From NCBI GenBank assembly GCA_963848305.1, contig CAWKDC010000001.1, forward strand, positions 768,001 to 832,000: DNA of 64,000 nucleotides, in the 5' to 3' direction. Below are positions 18,395 through 27,986 of this stretch, in pieces. This DNA comes from an uncultured Gammaproteobacteria bacterium (GTDB lineage: Bacteria; Pseudomonadota; Gammaproteobacteria; JABCZS01). The notes beneath the pieces are model-generated. The model did not search any database. It was not told the DNA's origin and was given only the letters and a program-made list of their open reading frames with translations. Each line of letters begins with the position of its first letter. Position 1 is the first letter of the stretch. The position numbers and the translations under genes were made by a program.

Positions 18395-19225
18395 ATGAAA
18401 ACTCTTGTAAAATATATGCTGACATGCGCCCTGCTCTGCCTCACTGCCATGACATCTATCGCAAATTCTATTGAGGTACAAAGCATGATATCCCACGCAT
18501 CCATTCAACAAAACAATGAACCCAAAGTCCGGACAGAAAACGTCAATCGTCAACGGGAAATTGAAGTAGAAGTCATTGCCTCTGGAAAAGGCGATGCACT
18601 ATTTTTTGTGCCAACACCCCTCACCCCTTTTTATATTGATCCTAATGCCGTCACGCAAAATGCGGAAGGATTGTATGTCTTGAAAGAAGGCTATTTTATC
18701 CCCGATGGTCTTATTCCCACTGAAAAACAAAACAACCCAGCACAATTATCGACTGTACTTGGCCGCGTTTTAACTGTGGTTGATATGCTTAAAAAAGGGA
18801 TTGATGTTACCGTTTTTTGTACAACATCGGATCGCCCGAAAGCGGATGGCAAGTCTGGTCATGTTGAGCCCGCTCATTTCAAAGCATTACAGAAACAGTT
18901 TTCCAATTTACATATCGTCACTATTCCATCAGAAAAATATGCGAGCCTGAAAGACACATTGCCAGCGGCCACTTACTTCTTCAAAGATCAAATTGTCTCT
19001 GTCTATTCACAACAAATCCGCGAAACATTCGACCCAAATCGCAAATGGGGTGTGGATGATCAGAATCGAGCATTCATTGAACAAATGAGAACACTTTGCC
19101 AGTCCACCCAGATTCATTTTCCATTAGACAAGTCGACAAAAACAAATACTCCATTACGTTTGAGCATGATTAACGAGCCCGAACTCACCGACAGAGAAAG
19201 GAAAAAATTTCACTTTTTCGGATAG
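18395..19225 (+). CDS. Hypothetical protein with a signal-peptide-like N-terminus
   Basis: AGGAG RBS; MKTLVKYMLTCALLCLTAMTSIA; ends FHFFG. Confidence 0.65.
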   Translation: MKTLVKYMLTCALLCLTAMTSIANSIEVQSMISHASIQQNNEPKVRTENVNRQREIEVEVIASGKGDALFFVPTPLTPFYIDPNAVTQNAEGLYVLKEGYFIPDGLIPTEKQNNPAQLSTVLGRVLTVVDMLKKGIDVTVFCTTSDRPKADGKSGHVEPAHFKALQKQFSNLHIVTIPSEKYASLKDTLPAATYFFKDQIVSVYSQQIRETFDPNRKWGVDDQNRAFIEQMRTLCQSTQIHFPLDKSTKTNTPLRLSMINEPELTDRERKKFHFFG

Positions 19226-19257
19226 CCACGCGAACATCAATCACTGGAGAATAGAAT

Positions 19258-19575
19258 CATGGAGATTTATATCACCGTCATATCATCGTTGATCCTGCTT
19301 CAAGACAACCAACAGGGTTGATTGATTGGGGTGATGCTCACATCAGCGACCCTGGGATTGATATATCTGTGGGGATGATATTCACGCCTGTCGTCTTTCG
19401 ACATTTTATTGATGCTTATGGCGGGGTAAGCGAATCCTCGCTCAACATCTCACGACTGAATGGCTTTGCGCACGCCGTGAGCTTTTTGGCTTATGCATAT
19501 GAACAAAATAGGCCGTCCCTCAAGCGCTGGGCAGGGCTGCAATTGAAAAGGACGATGGAAGAATTGGGAATATAG
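19258..19575 (+). pseudogene. 5'-truncated duplicate of the APH gene (direct repeat copy B, which extends to 19591)
   Basis: Begins abruptly at HGDLYHRHII; near-identical to 15571-15888. Confidence 0.88.
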
Positions 19576-19591
19576 CGGTATTTTTCCCCTA
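19573..19591. promoter_or_regulatory. 19-bp palindromic box 7 (TAGCGGTATTTTTCCCCTA)
   Basis: TG-extended TATGAT at 19613-19618 (21-nt gap). Confidence 0.72.
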
Positions 19592-19637
19592 GCCTATATA
19601 CACATCAGCTGCTATGATATTCAGTGGAGGACAACGT

Positions 19638-20309
19638 ATGACAACCGCCACTACCCAATACGGTGACACATTTAAACCTGTGTCAAATGGTCACGGCCTC
19701 CATGTCGGAAGCCAGCGGCAGGATGAATTGGACCTCAGCTGTCTTGAGTTCATACGCCAGCGCATTGCCTCAAATCAAATGGTGCATGCCATCGATCTCG
19801 GGGGCGGACTTGGCTTTCATTCCATTGAAATGGCCAAATTGGGCGCCTCTGTCACCATGGTGGATATTGCTGATACCGACACAGAAGAATTTTCGAACAA
19901 TCTCAAGTTTATTCAAAAAAATGTGATGGATTTAACGGAAGCTGATTTAGATTATATTGATGTGCTCTATTCACAGCGCGCGTTGCACTATCTTCCCTAT
20001 CGTGACATACAAAAACTTTTAAATTTTATGTTTAGTCACATGTCGGAAGATAGTGCTATTTTTATTTCAGCGGCAGGGTTGAATGCAGAATATGGTGGAA
20101 CCTATTTAGATCGATCTAAACCCATTGAAAAACGTTTTAATTATTTTTCAGATGATATGCAACAAAAATTCAATGTGTTTCAGAAAATTGTGTTGTATAC
20201 AGAGCAGGATATGAGAACACTCTTGACACAAATTGGATTTTTTGAAGTTTCTGTGTTTTCATCTTCTTTTGGCACTGTTAAAGCCATAGGAAGAAAACAA
20301 CGAAATTGA
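19638..20309 (+). CDS. Class I SAM-dependent methyltransferase
   Basis: AIDLGGGLG motif I, YSQRALHYL; GGAGG RBS before ATG 19638. Confidence 0.8.
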   Translation: MTTATTQYGDTFKPVSNGHGLHVGSQRQDELDLSCLEFIRQRIASNQMVHAIDLGGGLGFHSIEMAKLGASVTMVDIADTDTEEFSNNLKFIQKNVMDLTEADLDYIDVLYSQRALHYLPYRDIQKLLNFMFSHMSEDSAIFISAAGLNAEYGGTYLDRSKPIEKRFNYFSDDMQQKFNVFQKIVLYTEQDMRTLLTQIGFFEVSVFSSSFGTVKAIGRKQRN

Positions 20310-20470
20310 TGAGACGAAATTGAAACAAAGCTAACCGTTAAATCGGCACACAAGGTCGGGGGATTGGGCCCGTTCATTTTATGCGCCTCACGATAAGTTT
20401 TATATATTATACTCTAACTTAGTCGTTTCAGTAAACCATCAGTTTTTAACGCTTTGCAAGGGTTGTGAAT

Positions 20471-20953
20471 ATGAAAAATGAAACAATAGAAATTAAACAG
20501 CTTACTGATTGCCAGGAAGACATTCCTTATTTGGCCAAACTTTGGTATGAAGAAATTTCTCGGCATTGGGACAAGGATGCATCAGTTGAGAAAGCGGCTT
20601 CAATCCTTGTATCACAAGCAAACCATGAAAAATTGCCCATGACATTCGCTGCATTCATCAACGACCAGCCGGTCGGCATGGTATCATTACGCGAAAATGA
20701 TCGCATAGAACCTGCATTAGGTCCGTGGCTTGGTAGCCTGGTTGTCGATCCCGCTTATCGCAACAGAAAAGTAGGTGAAAAACTTATTGATACCATTAAA
20801 CAGCAGGCATTATTGATGGGTTATCGCAAATTATATCTTCTTGTTTTTGGTAAAAACATTCAATCTTGGTATGAACATCTTGGATGGACAATCATGAGGC
20901 AAGACATTTTATTTGAGCATCAAGTATCTGTCATGGAAATTGCGTTAATCTGA
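20471..20953 (+). CDS. GNAT acetyltransferase
   Basis: GPWLGSLVVDPAYRNRKVG acetyl-CoA motif; WYEHLGW. Start could be 20465. Confidence 0.85.
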   Translation: MKNETIEIKQLTDCQEDIPYLAKLWYEEISRHWDKDASVEKAASILVSQANHEKLPMTFAAFINDQPVGMVSLRENDRIEPALGPWLGSLVVDPAYRNRKVGEKLIDTIKQQALLMGYRKLYLLVFGKNIQSWYEHLGWTIMRQDILFEHQVSVMEIALI

Positions 20954-20975
20954 GAAAACTTTGATACGGTTATTA

Positions 20976-20994
20976 ATCCGGAAAATCCCCCCTA
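20976..20994. promoter_or_regulatory. Box 8, degenerate left half (ATCCGGAAAATCCCCCCTA)
   Basis: Right half matches the consensus; TAGAAT at 21018-21023 (23-nt gap) before the ABC exporter. Confidence 0.55.
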
Positions 20995-21050
20995 TTGAAT
21001 TAAACCTTCATTTAAGCTAGAATCATAAACCCAAAACGAGGTCATGAAGC

Positions 21051-22829
21051 ATGAACGATGTCCCTAAAACCCTATTTGCATTCATTAGGTACTCCCTAAG
21101 GCCTTATCGCGCCTTGGTGATTGGGCTTTTATGCACTGACCTGGCGTGGTCGCTACTGGGAACGTTGGGGCCCTATGCCATTAAAATGTTGATTGACAAT
21201 GCAAATGCATGGACTTCCGCATCCCAGCCCGATATTAACATGCTCATTTGGCCCGCCGCACTGTACGTCTTGGTGAACGTTTTACTTGGGATAAATTTCC
21301 GAATCAACGATGGGTTTAGCCGGTCTTTACTTCCCCGCTTACATGCGAGTATCACGCATACGATGTTTGCATATTTGAAAAATCATTCTCATCGATTTTT
21401 TCAAGATCATTTTGCTGGCAGCTTGAGTAATAAAATTTCAGACATGGCGGATGGCATTGTGAGCACCGTCAGACTCGCTAATGCATCGACTGAACAGTTC
21501 ACCGCGATGGTTGTGGCGGCTTGTGCCATGATGGTTGTACAACCCTTTTTTGGTGCTGTCATTATTCTGTGGGCAACGACTTTCATATTGATCTCCTATT
21601 ATTTTTCACGCAAAGCAGAACAATATGCTAACGATTACTCAGAATTGAGAAGCAGCATTTCAGGCAAAATTGTGGACAGTATCGGCAACATGTTGACAGC
21701 CAGGGCATTCGCCAGACGTGATTATGAACAAGGATTAATTGGTACAGAAGTCGATAGTATGGTCAAGAAAGACAGGCAATTGCAATGGTACATTTTGCAA
21801 TTGCGCATATGGCAAGATGTATCGATTGTTATTTTAGTCGCTACGATGCTTTCCGGACTTATCTATTATTATGTGAACCAAAAAGTCACGCTGGGCGACT
21901 TTGCCTTTATCATCACATTAACGATCTCGATCTTTCAATTCTTGTGGTATATCGCGGATCAACTGGTTAACTTTTCACAACAAATCGGCAAATGCTCTCA
22001 AGCGCTTTCTATTATTGTCATTCCGCATGATATCGTTGAAGAAGCCAACGCAAAGCCATTGGTTGTCACGCGCGGTGATATCACATTGGACAAAGTCACT
22101 TTTTCATACAATGAAAATAGCTCGATATTTGAAAACATTTCCTTGACACTGGAAGCAGCTAAAAAATACGGGTTGGTGGGTTTTTCTGGATCGGGTAAAA
22201 CGACTTTTGTGAATTTGATTATGCGGTTCTATGACATCCATTCAGGTAAAATTTTGATCGACGGTCAAGATATCAAAGCAGTCACGCTTGATTCGTTGTA
22301 CGAGCAAATTGCCATGATCCCACAAGAAACACAGCTATTTCATCGAACACTGATGGAAAATATTCGTTATGGGCGAATTGATGCGAGTGATGAAGAAGTT
22401 TACGCGGCTTCTAAAATGTCGAGCTGCCATGAGTTTATTGAAAAATTACCTTTAGGTTACCATACACTCGTGGGCGAACGAGGCATCAAATTATCTGGTG
22501 GTCAGCGCCAGCGTATCGCCATTGCGCGTGCATTCTTAAAAAATGCACCGATCCTGATCATGGATGAAGCCACTTCTGCACTCGATTCCATCACAGAAGA
22601 ATTCATTCAAAATGAACTGTATCAACACATGGCTGGGAAAACCACTATTGTCATCGCACATAGATTGTCCACCCTATCGAAAATGGACTCTATATTAGTA
22701 TTTGACCAAGGCAAAATTATCGAACAAGGGTCGCACGATGATTTAATTGCCCTCGGCAGGCACTATGCCAAACTATGGGCCATGCAATCTGGCGGGTTTT
22801 TGCCAGAAATGAAAGAGGAAAGCCAATAG
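21051..22829 (+). CDS. ABC exporter, fused permease/ATPase (MsbA/multidrug type)
   Basis: Six-TM domain, GFSGSGKT, LSGGQRQR, ILIMDEATSALD. Confidence 0.92.
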   Translation: MNDVPKTLFAFIRYSLRPYRALVIGLLCTDLAWSLLGTLGPYAIKMLIDNANAWTSASQPDINMLIWPAALYVLVNVLLGINFRINDGFSRSLLPRLHASITHTMFAYLKNHSHRFFQDHFAGSLSNKISDMADGIVSTVRLANASTEQFTAMVVAACAMMVVQPFFGAVIILWATTFILISYYFSRKAEQYANDYSELRSSISGKIVDSIGNMLTARAFARRDYEQGLIGTEVDSMVKKDRQLQWYILQLRIWQDVSIVILVATMLSGLIYYYVNQKVTLGDFAFIITLTISIFQFLWYIADQLVNFSQQIGKCSQALSIIVIPHDIVEEANAKPLVVTRGDITLDKVTFSYNENSSIFENISLTLEAAKKYGLVGFSGSGKTTFVNLIMRFYDIHSGKILIDGQDIKAVTLDSLYEQIAMIPQETQLFHRTLMENIRYGRIDASDEEVYAASKMSSCHEFIEKLPLGYHTLVGERGIKLSGGQRQRIAIARAFLKNAPILIMDEATSALDSITEEFIQNELYQHMAGKTTIVIAHRLSTLSKMDSILVFDQGKIIEQGSHDDLIALGRHYAKLWAMQSGGFLPEMKEESQ

Positions 22830-22911
22830 GTCTAACAACTAACCCAAGCCTATTGACAAGCTTATGAATGTATGTCAGATTACCTCTTTCGCAGTATGTA
22901 AAGAGGCTAAC

Positions 22912-23745
22912 ATGATCAATCCGTTACTCGAATCAACAAAAGCGGGCGATATTCGCCGCGTTGAGCAATTTGTCACCACAGCCACGCAAACACATAAAGA
23001 TCAGGCTCTTCTCGTGGCTACCCAAAAACATGAGTTAGACATTGCTGCGCTCCTGCTTGAACATCATGCCAACGTCGAAGCAAGAAATCCTTTATGCTTT
23101 AACACGTCTCCCCTGATGCACGCCGTGTGTCTTCAGGACAAAGCCATGGTTTCATTACTGCTCAAATACGGAGCCGATATGCAGGCCGAAAATGATGACA
23201 AGAAAAGTGCCATGGCATATGCAGAATCTGCGCGACACAATCCTGTGATGCACGGCACCACAAAGGATTGCGCTGATCATATTTATGGTCTGCTGCTCGG
23301 CAAAGAATATTATGACACATTGTGTATGAGTGAGATGAGCTTCAGTGAATTCACCACATATTTCCAAAAAACAACTTCTCTCAACCATCACATTAAAGTA
23401 GGCATTTATAAGCATGCTTTATCACTGGCAGGCGGATCGGCCGACAATGAATTGTTGATGCTTCAAAAATTGATCGCCGTGAATAACAATAACCAACCCA
23501 AACACCTCTTGTCTCTGTTTATGCGAACACTCGTGTTCAGCCAAGGCGAGGCATTGAATGATTCAGTGACCATTGAACATATCAAGCGGAAAATTGACAC
23601 ACTGCAAAAATCACTGGAAACAGCATCTCCTGAACAAAAAGAGCGGTATTCCTATTTCTGGAAAAGTGAGACAGCCTATCGTGAACGGTTTGCAACAACA
23701 CTCAAACCTATTCAAGGAAACTTAGCCTCTGATGATGTCCTGTAG
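22912..23745 (+). CDS. Ankyrin-repeat protein (candidate effector)
   Basis: ALLVAT...LLEHHANVEA and SPLMHAV...LLKYGAD repeats; GAGG RBS before ATG 22912. Confidence 0.75.
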   Translation: MINPLLESTKAGDIRRVEQFVTTATQTHKDQALLVATQKHELDIAALLLEHHANVEARNPLCFNTSPLMHAVCLQDKAMVSLLLKYGADMQAENDDKKSAMAYAESARHNPVMHGTTKDCADHIYGLLLGKEYYDTLCMSEMSFSEFTTYFQKTTSLNHHIKVGIYKHALSLAGGSADNELLMLQKLIAVNNNNQPKHLLSLFMRTLVFSQGEALNDSVTIEHIKRKIDTLQKSLETASPEQKERYSYFWKSETAYRERFATTLKPIQGNLASDDVL

Positions 23746-23751
23746 AGCCCG

Positions 23752-25111
23752 CTAGATTTTGCCCAGGGCTTCTTGAATATGCCCGCACGCGTGGATCGTC
23801 ATGCCTTCTATGTGAAAACCTTTTGCATTGCCATGCGGCACAATCGCCTGCATGAAACCATGTTTATGCGCCTCTCGCAAACGTTCATGCCCGCCAGGCA
23901 CAGGACGAATTTCGCCGCCCAAACCCACTTCTCCAAACACCACCAAATCTTGCGGCAACGCTTGATTACGCAAACTGGACAGCACTGACAACATCAATGC
24001 CAAATCGCTGCCTGTTTCATTCACACGCACGCCGCCGACCACATTCACAAACACATCTTGATCATACGTGACAATACCGCCGTGCCGATGTAACACAGCC
24101 AATCCCATGGTTAAACGATTCGGATCAATGCCGACAGACACACGCCGTGGATTAGACGCATGTGATTGATCGACCAATGCTTGCAATTCGATCAACATGG
24201 GACGCGACCCTTCCCACGTCACCATCACAGTACTACCGGGCAACGCACGTTCACCGCGCGTGAGAAAAATAGCGGAAGGATTGGAAACTTCTTTCAAGCC
24301 TTTATCGGTCATCCCGAAAATGCCCAATTCATTGACAGCACCGAAACGGTTTTTGAAGGCGCGTATCACGCGATAACGAGAATCGGTTTGACCTTCAAAA
24401 TACAGCACGGTATCCACCATGTGTTCCAACACACGCGGCCCGGCAAGCGTGCCTTCTTTCGTCACATGCCCAACCAGAAAAACAGCTGTGTGTGTTTTCT
24501 TGGCAAATTGAACCAATTGGGCTGCGGCTTCTCGCACTTGACTGACAGAGCCCGGCGCAGACTGCAATGTATCGGTATACATCGTTTGAATGGAATCAAC
24601 GACTAAGAAAGCAGGTTTTTCTTTTTCTGCGTGCAATAAAATTTGTTCAATTTGTGTTTCAGCCAATAATTTAATAGGCGCTTTGGAAAAACCCAATCGA
24701 TGCGCGCGCAATGAGACTTGTTGAAGTGATTCTTCACCGGTCACATACAACACCGCTTTTTCCTGGCTTAAATGGGCCATGGTTTGTAACAGCAAGGTTG
24801 ATTTACCTATCCCCGGGTCTCCACCGATCAACACCACTGATCCTTGAACCAAGCCTCCACCGAGTACGCGGTCCACTTCGAGGGAACCCGTTGAAATGCG
24901 GGGGGTTTCAGCAAACACCACATCAGATAAGGATTGAACACTTTCAAGCTGCCCCGGCATATCCATCGCGTCGGGCTGATTTGGCTTGAATGACCACACG
25001 GGATTCCTCCATGGTGTTCCATGCGCCACAATCAGGGCAACAGCCCAGCCATTTGGGGGCTGATCCGCCACAGGCATTGCAGAGAAACTGGGTTTTTGGA
25101 GGTTTTTTCAT
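23752..25111 (-). CDS. radA: DNA repair protein RadA/Sms, with a +1 G frameshift at 24952-24955 (probably a sequencing error)
   Basis: Zinc finger FLCNACG...WLGCCPDCGAWNT from ATG 25111 is out of frame with GDPGIGKST and KNRFG; removing one G from GCCGGGGCAG restores the frame. Confidence 0.92.
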
Positions 25112-25220
25112 GTGTTTCATCCCTTAAACAAAGACCCATCATAACTGAGCTTTACAGACCCGTCAATCAAAGGTAAAATGTGCCGTTCGGCTCTCTTCGA
25201 CCCACCAATAAGGAAACGAC

Positions 25221-26483
25221 ATGCAGACTTCTTCTTCAAAGCGTCGCTTCAAGCTATGGCATAAAATCATTTTAGCGTTGATCACGGGAGCCCTCACGGG
25301 CTTTTTTTTAGGGGAAGATGCTGTCATTCTCGCCCCCGTCGGACGCCTCTTTATCAATGCCATTAACATGATCGTCATTCCCGTGGTCTTTACCTCGATT
25401 GTCTGCAGCGTCATGGCGATTCATGACATGAAAACGATGGGCCGCGTGACCGTGAAAACCATGGTCATGTATGTGGCCACCATGGCCTTGTCGACCTGCA
25501 TTGGGATTGGGTTTGCGCAAGTGTTTAAACCTGGGCTGGGGCTTCCGACGGAACTGGTTCAGGAAAGCTTAAGCCAGAATCCCATTGCAGCCGATTTGGT
25601 GGCCAAGAACAAACATGTCACCCTCGCCGATACCATCACGACCATTGTCCCTTCTAACGTCGTGGCGGCCTTTGCCAACGGTGATATTCTGCCGTGTATC
25701 GTCTTTGCCTTTATCTTAGGGTTGGCCATCGTGAAGGTACTCGCCGCGCGGCCGGTCGGTGATTTCTTCCAATCGGCGATGTTGGTGACCTTCAAGGCCA
25801 CCCATTTTGTCCTACAATTTGCGCCGATTGGCGTGTTTGCATTGATTGCACAAGTGGTAGGGACTGTGGGCATCGCGGTCTTGAAAGAGCTCTCTGTGCT
25901 GGTGGTCACGATTTATGCAGGGTGTTTTGTTGTGGCCGCCGGCGTCTATACGCTGATCTTCCTGTTTAATCGCATTCCTCCCCTGCCCTTTTTCAAGAAA
26001 ATGATCGCACCCATGTCATTTGCGTTTTCAACAGGTTCCAGCAGCGCCACATTGCCGTTGACACTGGAGACCACGCAGAAGCAACTCGGCGTTGCACCTG
26101 CCATTGCTGAGTTTGTGGTACCCTTAGGCGCGACGATCAACATGAATGGTTTATCTGTTTATTTAGGCGTAGCAGCGATATTTGTGGCCAATATTTTCGG
26201 CGTAGAATTAACCTTATGGCAATACGCGATGATTGTCATGACATCCACCTTGGCCTCCATTGGTGCCGCAGGTGTCCCAATGGCAGGCATTGTGGTCATG
26301 TCGATTGTGCTCGGCGGCGCGGGCTTACCCATTGAGGCCATTGCATTGATCGCTGGCGTTGATCGCATCATTGAAATGGTGACGACTGCTGTGAATATTA
26401 CCGGCGATGCGATGACGGCCGTGGTAGTCGCCAAAAGCGAAAACCAGTGGAGCCGTGCGGATTACATGAGTGATATCAAATAA
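25221..26483 (+). CDS. Dicarboxylate/amino acid:cation symporter (DAACS, GltP-like)
   Basis: AFSTGSSSATLP, PLGATINMNG and NITGD motifs. Confidence 0.92.
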   Translation: MQTSSSKRRFKLWHKIILALITGALTGFFLGEDAVILAPVGRLFINAINMIVIPVVFTSIVCSVMAIHDMKTMGRVTVKTMVMYVATMALSTCIGIGFAQVFKPGLGLPTELVQESLSQNPIAADLVAKNKHVTLADTITTIVPSNVVAAFANGDILPCIVFAFILGLAIVKVLAARPVGDFFQSAMLVTFKATHFVLQFAPIGVFALIAQVVGTVGIAVLKELSVLVVTIYAGCFVVAAGVYTLIFLFNRIPPLPFFKKMIAPMSFAFSTGSSSATLPLTLETTQKQLGVAPAIAEFVVPLGATINMNGLSVYLGVAAIFVANIFGVELTLWQYAMIVMTSTLASIGAAGVPMAGIVVMSIVLGGAGLPIEAIALIAGVDRIIEMVTTAVNITGDAMTAVVVAKSENQWSRADYMSDIK

Positions 26484-26492
26484 GAGGGAACT

Positions 26493-27986
26493 ATGAGCAA
26501 GAATGCAATTTCTCCCACACGGGCTGAGAATTATCCTGAATGGTATCAATCGGTGATCAAAGCGGCCGATTTGGCAGAAAATGCACCCGACATTCGCGGA
26601 TGCATGATCATCAAACCTTGGGGTTATGCGATTTGGGAAAACATTCAACGTTATCTTGATCAATGCTTCAAATCCACTGGTCATGTGAATGCTTATTTTC
26701 CTTTGCTCATTCCCATGAGTTATATTGCGAAAGAAGCAGAACACATTGAGGGGTTTGCGAAAGAATGTGCCGTAGTCACTCACTCCCGTTTAGAAGCCGG
26801 TCCTGATGGCGGACTCATACCTGCGGGCAAACTAGAAGAACCTTACATCATTCGACCGACAAGTGAAACAACGATTGGGCATGCGTTTGCGCGCTGGATA
26901 CAATCGTATCGAGATTTACCGCTCAAAATCAATCAATGGGCGAATGTCATGCGTTGGGAAATGCGGACACGGGTTTTTCTGCGCACATCAGAATTTTTAT
27001 GGCAGGAAGGTCATACCGCGCATGCGACTGTTGAAGAAGCGATGGCTGAAACCCTGCAAATGCTGGATGTCTACGCGGATTTTGCCCGCAATGTTGCCGC
27101 CATTCCCGTGATTAAAGGCGAAAAAACGGCTGAAGAACGATTCCCAGGTGCTGTGAATACCTATACGATTGAAGCGATGATGCAAGATAAAAAGGCGTTG
27201 CAATCAGGCACGTCTCATTTTCTCGGTGAAACATTTTCGCGTTCATTCGGTATTCAATTTTCTGATCAATCGGGTGCATTGCAATATGCACAAACGACTT
27301 CTTGGGGTGTTTCAACCCGCATGATTGGCGGACTGATCATGGTGCACAGCGATGACGATGGGTTAATATGCCCGCCACGTTTGGCACCACAGCATATCGT
27401 GATCATCCCCATCATTCGGAATGAAGAACAGCGCGTGCAAGTATTGACGTATTGTGAATCGGTTGCAGCCGGCTTGCGCGCTCAAACTTATCATCATGAA
27501 CCACTGCGCGTTTTGGTCGATGTGAGAGACATCAGTGGCGCCGAGAAATCCTGGGAATACATTAAAAAAGGCGTGCCCATTCGCATTGAAATTGGCCCAC
27601 GTGACATTGAAAATGATGCCGTATTTGTCGCACGTCGTGATGAACCTGTGAAGCAGAAACAATCGTATGCACGTTCTGAATTTATTGCCAAAGCGGTTAA
27701 TCTATTGGATGATATCCAAGCCAATTTATTGCAACGCGCCACACAATTTTTAACAGACAACACGCGACAGATTGATACGTTAGATGAATTTGTGAACCTC
27801 TTCAAACCTGAAGAAGCACCCGGTTTTGTGCAATGTTTCTGTCATGAAGACGCCGAATACAGTGAAATCGTCAAACCCTTGAAAGCCACTGCACGTTGCA
27901 TTCCATTGGATGCGACGGGTGAAGGCGTGTGTATTTTCACGGAGAAGAAGACGACAAGACAGGTGATTTTTGCTAAAAGCTATTAG
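26493..27986 (+). CDS. proS: Proline--tRNA ligase, archaeal/eukaryote-like type (no INS editing domain)
   Basis: RGCMIIKPWGYAIWE, IRPTSET, FLRTSEFLWQEGHTAH, LQSGTSHFLG, C-terminal FAKSY. Confidence 0.95.
   Translation: MSKNAISPTRAENYPEWYQSVIKAADLAENAPDIRGCMIIKPWGYAIWENIQRYLDQCFKSTGHVNAYFPLLIPMSYIAKEAEHIEGFAKECAVVTHSRLEAGPDGGLIPAGKLEEPYIIRPTSETTIGHAFARWIQSYRDLPLKINQWANVMRWEMRTRVFLRTSEFLWQEGHTAHATVEEAMAETLQMLDVYADFARNVAAIPVIKGEKTAEERFPGAVNTYTIEAMMQDKKALQSGTSHFLGETFSRSFGIQFSDQSGALQYAQTTSWGVSTRMIGGLIMVHSDDDGLICPPRLAPQHIVIIPIIRNEEQRVQVLTYCESVAAGLRAQTYHHEPLRVLVDVRDISGAEKSWEYIKKGVPIRIEIGPRDIENDAVFVARRDEPVKQKQSYARSEFIAKAVNLLDDIQANLLQRATQFLTDNTRQIDTLDEFVNLFKPEEAPGFVQCFCHEDAEYSEIVKPLKATARCIPLDATGEGVCIFTEKKTTRQVIFAKSY

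Noticed and set aside
7164-20994. Palindromic boxes as CRISPR repeats, integron attC sites or terminators
   Set aside because: Spacing is kilobases and irregular; no cas or integrase gene; no GTTRRRY cores or U-tracts; the fixed distance to -10 hexamers fits an activator site better.
23752-25111. radA and cmk as true pseudogenes or programmed frameshifts
   Set aside because: Single indels in short runs with no other decay and no slippery heptamer; assembly error is more likely.
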